Source: Octopus vulgaris (taxonomy: Eukaryota). From it: 64,000 bases of DNA. Shown piece by piece: positions 56,816 to 64,000 of the stretch. The stretch is from assembly GCA_951406725.2 (NCBI GenBank), contig OX597833.1:69688001-69752000 (forward strand), given 5' to 3'. Under the pieces are notes generated by a model that was not told the origin of the DNA, did no database searches, and saw nothing but the letters and a program-made list of their open reading frames with translations. How positions within the stretch are numbered: the stretch's first letter is position 1; each line of letters begins with the position of its first letter. The translations under genes and the position numbers were made by a program.

Positions 56816-57217
56816 ACATATATGTAAATACTATTGCAATATTGTGAAGGGATCCCGTTGATTAAAATGCAAGGACACATTTATAGGGCCACGTTTGTTG
56901 AGTCAGGCTAATCTTTAACCAGGCAACTTATTCATACATCAGTGAGCGCTGCTCCCAGAGGGCATCAAATTGTGGATAGGCAAAATTGTCGAAATTTCAA
57001 AGCAGATTACGCACAACGTCTATCCAAAAGTCTAGAAAGACCGAGCGATTTAACCAGGATTCTATTTTCACAGCGACGCAAATAAATTCAATTAGTTTAT
57101 AAAACAAATATAATCATTATTTACATTATGACGTTAAGCTTATCTTCTATGTTTGGGTGTTCCATTAGTTATAAATGCACACACACACACACGCATACAT
57201 ACATACATACATCACTG

Positions 57218-57277
<60 letters not shown>

Positions 57278-57358
57278 AATGTACATATACATGTGTACAT
57301 ATATCTATTTTTACATAGAAATAAATGTATTATATGAACATCTATATATAAATATATG

Positions 57359-57411
<53 letters not shown>

Positions 57412-57547
57412 ATATATACATACATACATATGTATGCATATATAAGCATATATATATATTTATACACATTTACATATGTATCAGTCTGTGTGTGTAACAT
57501 ATATATACGTATATTAAATGTAAGTGTAAGTACATATATATACACAA

Positions 57548-57586
<39 letters not shown>

Positions 57587-57626
57587 TATATATTCGTGTA
57601 TATATATATATATATATATTTTTGTG

Positions 57627-57682
<56 letters not shown>

Positions 57683-58213
57683 TGTTTCTGTATGTGTTTT
57701 TGCGTTATTTTCTGATACTTTGTTCTTTAGCATTAGCCTGCGGCCATCTGGGTCAGTACCTTCAAAGGTTTCAGTCGATCGCATCGACGCCACAACTTAT
57801 TTGATCGATCTCTATTCAATGGCTACACAATGCCGCTTGGCACAGCGCTGGTCTTACACTGCTGAACACAAACATAAACACCAGTGTGGAGGCACAGACA
57901 CTCGCTTTATACATACATATATACATACACACACATACACACACACACAGAGACACGCACACACATACACGCAAACGCATACGTACGCATACACACACAG
58001 AACAAACACTCAAACACATATACGTATGCTTATCCACGTGTACATTTCTATACACTGAAAGATAGAATTTACAACTTTGAGTGTGTATATATGTATGTAT
58101 ACATGTGCGTGTATGCGTCTATGAGTGTGTATATAAATATATATATATATACATATTTATGTTTATATATATATGTATATGCATATGTGTATGTATTTAT
58201 ATATATATATATA

Positions 58214-58260
<47 letters not shown>

Positions 58261-58355
58261 TTACTATATTTACATATATATTTAAGTTTATATATGTATA
58301 TATATATGTCGATGTATGTATGAGTATATGCATGCACATGCAGAAACAAATACGT

Positions 58356-58386
<31 letters not shown>

Positions 58387-58442
58387 GTGTCTGTGTGTGT
58401 CAGTGTGTGTCTGTGTGTGTATGTGTGTCTGTGTCTGTGTGT

Positions 58443-58474
<32 letters not shown>

Positions 58475-59539
58475 CTGTGTGTGTCAGTGTGTGTCTGTGT
58501 GTGTATGTGTGTCTGTGTCTGTGTGTCTGTGTGTCTGTGTGTGTGTGTGTGTGTGTCTGTGTGTCTGTGTGTGTGTCCGTGTGCGTGTAAGCACTAATTC
58601 ATTCACTTAAATATTCACACGCTTTATACTTTTTAACTTTGTCTCCTCTTTGTTTTATTCAATCATTAACTGGGGCGAATTACTAATTTTATTTTATTAA
58701 GATTTTAAAACTAGTTTTCTTTAAAAAAAAAAAAATTCACAACAAATTAAAAATAATAAAAAAATATATACATATATAATCAATTTCACTAATAATTCAT
58801 CTATTTTATGCATACGTACTTTTCCACCCATGAGGTCGCCATTAGTGCTGCTTTTGTAAAGGAATTCAAAGGGACGTTATAATATATATATTGGATAAAT
58901 ATGTATCAGTTAATATTTATCAATAGGGTCCTGGTTTGAAAAGACTTCAGATCAGAGCGTTGAGTTTGAAGTGCGGACAAATGTATCAATAATGTTTCTA
59001 TCAAAATATTTCTATTTATAGTCGAATGTTTATGATGTTGCAGAACAAAAAACTCAGAACGTTTGGTCTATTTATACGCATAAGTTTATTTCTCGAAGCT
59101 GAATTAACCTATGATACACGATGCACTTACAATTGCACATATACACACACAAACACACACACACACACACGCACACACACGCACACACATACGCACACAC
59201 ACACACACGTACACACATACACACACACATACATACACATACATATACACACATACACACACACACACGCGCACACCACATACAAGCTTCCAAATTATAC
59301 ACGTGCAAAAGAATTTTATTTAATTCATTTTGCAGGAAGGATTGCCTCGGCGGATCGTGTTCTGCCCTTACCTTCGAAACACGCATTGAGTAGAACCAGG
59401 GGTAGCTGATGAAGGGGAATATTCCTTGTATTGTTTGCCTTCTACTCTGTGTTTTCGATGTTAAAAAAAGTCCGTTTCCTTGTTTGTTTTTATGTTTTCG
59501 TTTCTCGTTGTGTTCTACATTTATTTGTGGTGTCCTGTA

Positions 59540-59597
<58 letters not shown>

Positions 59598-59651
59598 GAT
59601 GTAAGTATGTACATATATGTATGCATGCATCTGTTTTATTTGTTAAGTTGT

Positions 59652-59700
<49 letters not shown>

Positions 59701-60604
59701 TATTTATATTTATATTTATACATATATAATGGCGAATATTTTGGGGTTAGATATGCATGTGTCTGAGATGCGTTTATAATTTTGTGTGGAACATTCAATT
59801 GAATTTGATGTTTTCTGATGATATTACAGACAAGAAAGTAGAAAGTTGATTTGCTGGGACAATCTTTAAACTCGTTGTTATCTAAAAAATAATTCATAGA
59901 GGATTTAATTATGGACGTGCCTCTGTCACGTTGTGCGGTTTTCTGAAACCAATGTTGTGTACGTAAAAGATCGCTTTCATCTTCTGTAATTAAAAAAAAT
60001 GTTTCCAGTAGAGTTGAAAAAGGGAATGAGAAGACAAAAGTTTCTTATAATCTGTTAAAGAAATTGCAAGTCAAAACCGTTTTTTTTCTTCTGTATGCAA
60101 CAAAAGCGTGACATAGTCGCGCGATTTAGCCATTTTTTTTTTCGAAAATGGAGCTCATTATATTTTGTTCGAGTTAGTATCAGAGAATGGATTTGAAATT
60201 GATTTTAGTGTAGTTGGTAGTTAAAATGCTACATGTTTATGATGATTTCTTTTTCATTCTGAAACCACTATATATGCTTTTAGTAATGTCTGTGTTTGGT
60301 TGAGCGGTAGTTGAGTTTAATGGCCTGATATCGTGTTGTGTTTTCGCAACGAGAAAGCGTGGGTTTCTCATATCAAGGATTAGAGCGGTTCAAGTATTTC
60401 AGATTGTGGATAGGCTTTCGGCAGATAATACACGTAAAATAACAGTTTCTCAGACCTAGAAATTCCTGGCTGTCAACCAATTCCTCTTTACAGACGGAAT
60501 TTTCGGCCTGGAAATCATGCAACCTCATCATCATTTCAACAGCAATATAAAGGATAAATGCATACATACATACATACATACATAAACATGCGTACATACA
60601 TACA

Positions 60605-60647
<43 letters not shown>

Positions 60648-60992
60648 GTATATATATGTGTGTGTGTGTGCGTGTGTACGTGTGCGTGTGCCTATGTGTC
60701 TGTGTGTGTGTGTGTGTATGTGCGCGTACCTTCAAACATTAGAGAAAAGGATTAACAACTAAATTGCAGCAGATTTTATACAAAAACATATATACATATA
60801 CATATATCTATATAAATATATGTATCGTATATATATGTGCATATGTTTATACAAGCATTAGGCAGTAAATACATACATACATATATATATATGTGTGTAT
60901 ATATATTCATCTACCTATCTATGCATCATCTCACTTTTCTCTCTCTCTTCTCTCTCTCTCTCTGTCTTCACTCTCTTCATATACATACATAG

Positions 60993-61027
<35 letters not shown>

Positions 61028-62104
61028 ATCATATATATATGTGTATATACATTTGTATATACACACATATATATACATATACACCTACATACATGCATAT
61101 ATATATATATATATATATATACATACATACATATATATATGCATACGTATATATACATATATATACATATATAAATATATATATATATTCATACATATAT
61201 ATATATATATAAATACATATGTGTGTGTGCGTGTGTGTGTGTGTTTGTGTGTGTGCTTGTGTGTGATACTTTCTTTCGTATGGTTTAATGTAACTCTTGG
61301 AAAGCGATATCAAGTGATTTATGCAGATACCATTTCCAGAGACATTTTCCCAGAGAAAGAGGGAGCAATCTTGAAGAAACAGGATATATATATCGTCTTG
61401 TGGCAGAATACGAATTGCCACATATCTTACTCTCTCAATTTATCTCAGATAATCCAAGACAAAAAAAAAATGATGGGAGATTTTCATTGAAATATCGCCA
61501 TTATTCAAGACAGCTATAAGGAAACCTACTGCAAGATGTGGGCCTGAATGGCGCTGAGTACTGGGAATACATTGATTCCATTGTGACAATATGCAATTGT
61601 AACCCTTAAATTTATTGAATTAAAATCGCTATATCTATTACAGCTAATATTGTTATATAGAAAGAAATAAAGTTTTCAAGTGCAAACACAATGGAAGTGT
61701 ATAATTTCTGTTGCGTAGGAAACTTCTTATGATATTGAAATCTATCTACGCCTAGTCTAAAATATATAGTTATATATTATTAAATTTGTGGAAATCATAA
61801 ATATCATGGTAGATATATACGTGACGGAAATGATAGAATACAAATGGTTAGCTGGCGATATAAATTTTCTTCCTTTCTTTCAAAGGTTTTCTCAAGTTCA
61901 AACTACAGTATTAAGCAAAGTTGCAGTTACGTAAAGCATAACAGATATTTGCTATAATTAGAATAAATTCGTTTTTACGAGTTGGAAATAAATGAAGGCA
62001 TATTGGGAAACGAAGTTAACTGATAGACTACACTCAGCGTGAGATTTGGAGATACACTATAACTTTCGAAAATGATATATGTAAATTTATGCGCATAAAT
62101 TTCA

Positions 62105-62285
62105 GTCGCAGGCGTAGCCTTGTGGTAAGAAGCATGATTTCCAACCGCATCTCCGTGTTCAGTCTCAGTGTATACCAGCTCGGGTAAGTATTTTCTCTGT
62201 TTTGTTTTTTTTATCATACCTTCGAAACAAACAAATCCTTTTGAGTGGACATGGTATACGGACACTTAAAACGAACCCATCGCAT
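62105..62285 (+). mobile_element. Old diverged SINE family C head
   Basis: gcaggcgtagccttgtggtaagaagc...ttgagtggacatggtatacggacacttaaaacgaaccc, colinear with 25063-25228. Confidence 0.55.
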
Positions 62286-62571
62286 GTATGTATATATATA
62301 TATATATATATATATAGTAGAAATACGTTACGAAAAGAAAGCATATAAAATACACGTGGAAACGTAAGGGTGAAATAGGAAAAATCAACGAAAATGCATA
62401 TTGCAAATGGAAAAAGGCTATTTATGACATGTAACGATACATATATACGTTTAGATTGACTGAGGTAGTAATACGAGTCATAAAAGTCATTATTATGAGA
62501 TGATTATAAGATGATAATAAAGTAATAGAACAAAACGAACCAATGTTTTACGCAAAGCTATTCATCGTTTG

Positions 62572-62623
<52 letters not shown>

Positions 62624-64000
62624 CGAGGGGTGTATGAAAAGTGTAAGGCCGTTATGCATTACTCTAACAAGTTGTCCTGCACTTTTCCAAATGTAATAAA
62701 TTGTCCTGTAATTTTCCAGGTTTATAATTTTAAGAACATTATTTCTCTTGCTCACATTTCTCTGTGTAATATGTGTGTGTGTATTTACTATTAGAAAGAA
62801 CGAACAGGCAAAATATATGCTGTTACTTTGGATCATGTAATTTATGCACCATTGCAGAATTGTTAGAGCACACATGCTCTAAAGTGATTCCACATATTTT
62901 GCCATATACATCCGTCCAATTTGGAACTACTTATAGCCATTCGTTGCTACACAGCTACCACAGCTTTGTTTTAGTATGTACAGTTATTCTAAAAACAGCT
63001 GCCGTGGAGATTTTGTGTATTATTTCTTAATCTCTTATTTGCGGTATCATATGGTGAAATTGCTCTGACTATTATTTTCTTCCACCTCCCTCTCCACTAT
63101 GCAATACATATTCTTTTTTTCGATGCAGATAAAACTATAAATAATAGCCGCAAATGATAAGTAATCCAAGAATTTTACCTGCTATACTCTAGTGTTACCA
63201 TGCCCACAAACCTGATATTAAAACATCTTTCTAAAAGCTAAGATTCACGTCATTAAATTTGATATAATGAAACAAAATTATTTGAGGTAGAATGTTTACT
63301 GCACGGAATTCAAAGGAATAGTCATTCCATAAAACCAAACCACACCCATTAAATTACATGCATTACCTGCTGGGTTTTTGCTGCCTTCTAGTAAAGTTAA
63401 TTTATGTTTGAAGCTGAATAACAAACACCTCTACATCAGTCAATTTGTTAGCAGTTTTATACGTATAGTCTTTGACAGCCGTACCCTGACTAAATTACAC
63501 GCGAAAGCCAAGAAATAAAAATTAACACCAATACAACATATTTGAAACAAGATATATAACGTAATGTAATATTTTGTAGCAACAAAGTCGACTTCCATAA
63601 TCAATACTTCACAGGCAAAATAATGTAGGACCGTTGTAAACTATAAAGTGTTGTGTGACCAGTGTCTGTTTTCGGATTCATAGATTCTTGCACTTTACAC
63701 CATTGAATGGAATAACATCCATCCGAACAACATTGACAGCAATAAATTCAGTATAAATTTATTCAATGCTATTTTTTTCTTTATGTTGGGGAGTTTTTAC
63801 TGTTGTTGAGCTTCACAAGGAAAACCGTTCGCAAAGCATGTTTACGTCGATGCTACTAGGGATTATTTCATCAAATATTCTCATGAATATTTGATAGAAA
63901 ATAAACCTATTCCCCTCAGGCTGTTTTCGTATAAACACTTTCTCATGCAATATATAGTTACGACTTTCTATCTTGCCTAAAAGAAAAACAGAAAATCAGC

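Overview
AT-rich, microsatellite-saturated eukaryotic non-coding DNA (intronic or intergenic). The repeat families look like those of an octopus/coleoid cephalopod; this is inferred from memory of the families, not from a search. I find no intact host protein-coding gene: nearly all listed ORFs are translations of (TA)n, (CA)n, (TATG)n, (GATA)n or (AAT)n tracts. Supportable content: decayed non-LTR retrotransposon fragments (CR1-like, RTE-like, Dong/R4-like, Penelope-like), a mariner transposase fragment, three tRNA-derived SINE families (A, B, C; about 20 copies or fragments), four non-autonomous Helitrons with intact termini, and several inverted repeats. Most notable: (1) a dispersed set of type I hammerhead ribozyme motifs, one with an intact catalytic core at 17917-17993, linked to Penelope-like remnants; (2) SINE A copies repeatedly inserted into older SINE copies at sites matching their own 3' tail; (3) a near-perfect foldback with 273-bp arms at 50868-51506. 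All coordinates and pairings were read by eye, and edges of decayed elements are approximate.
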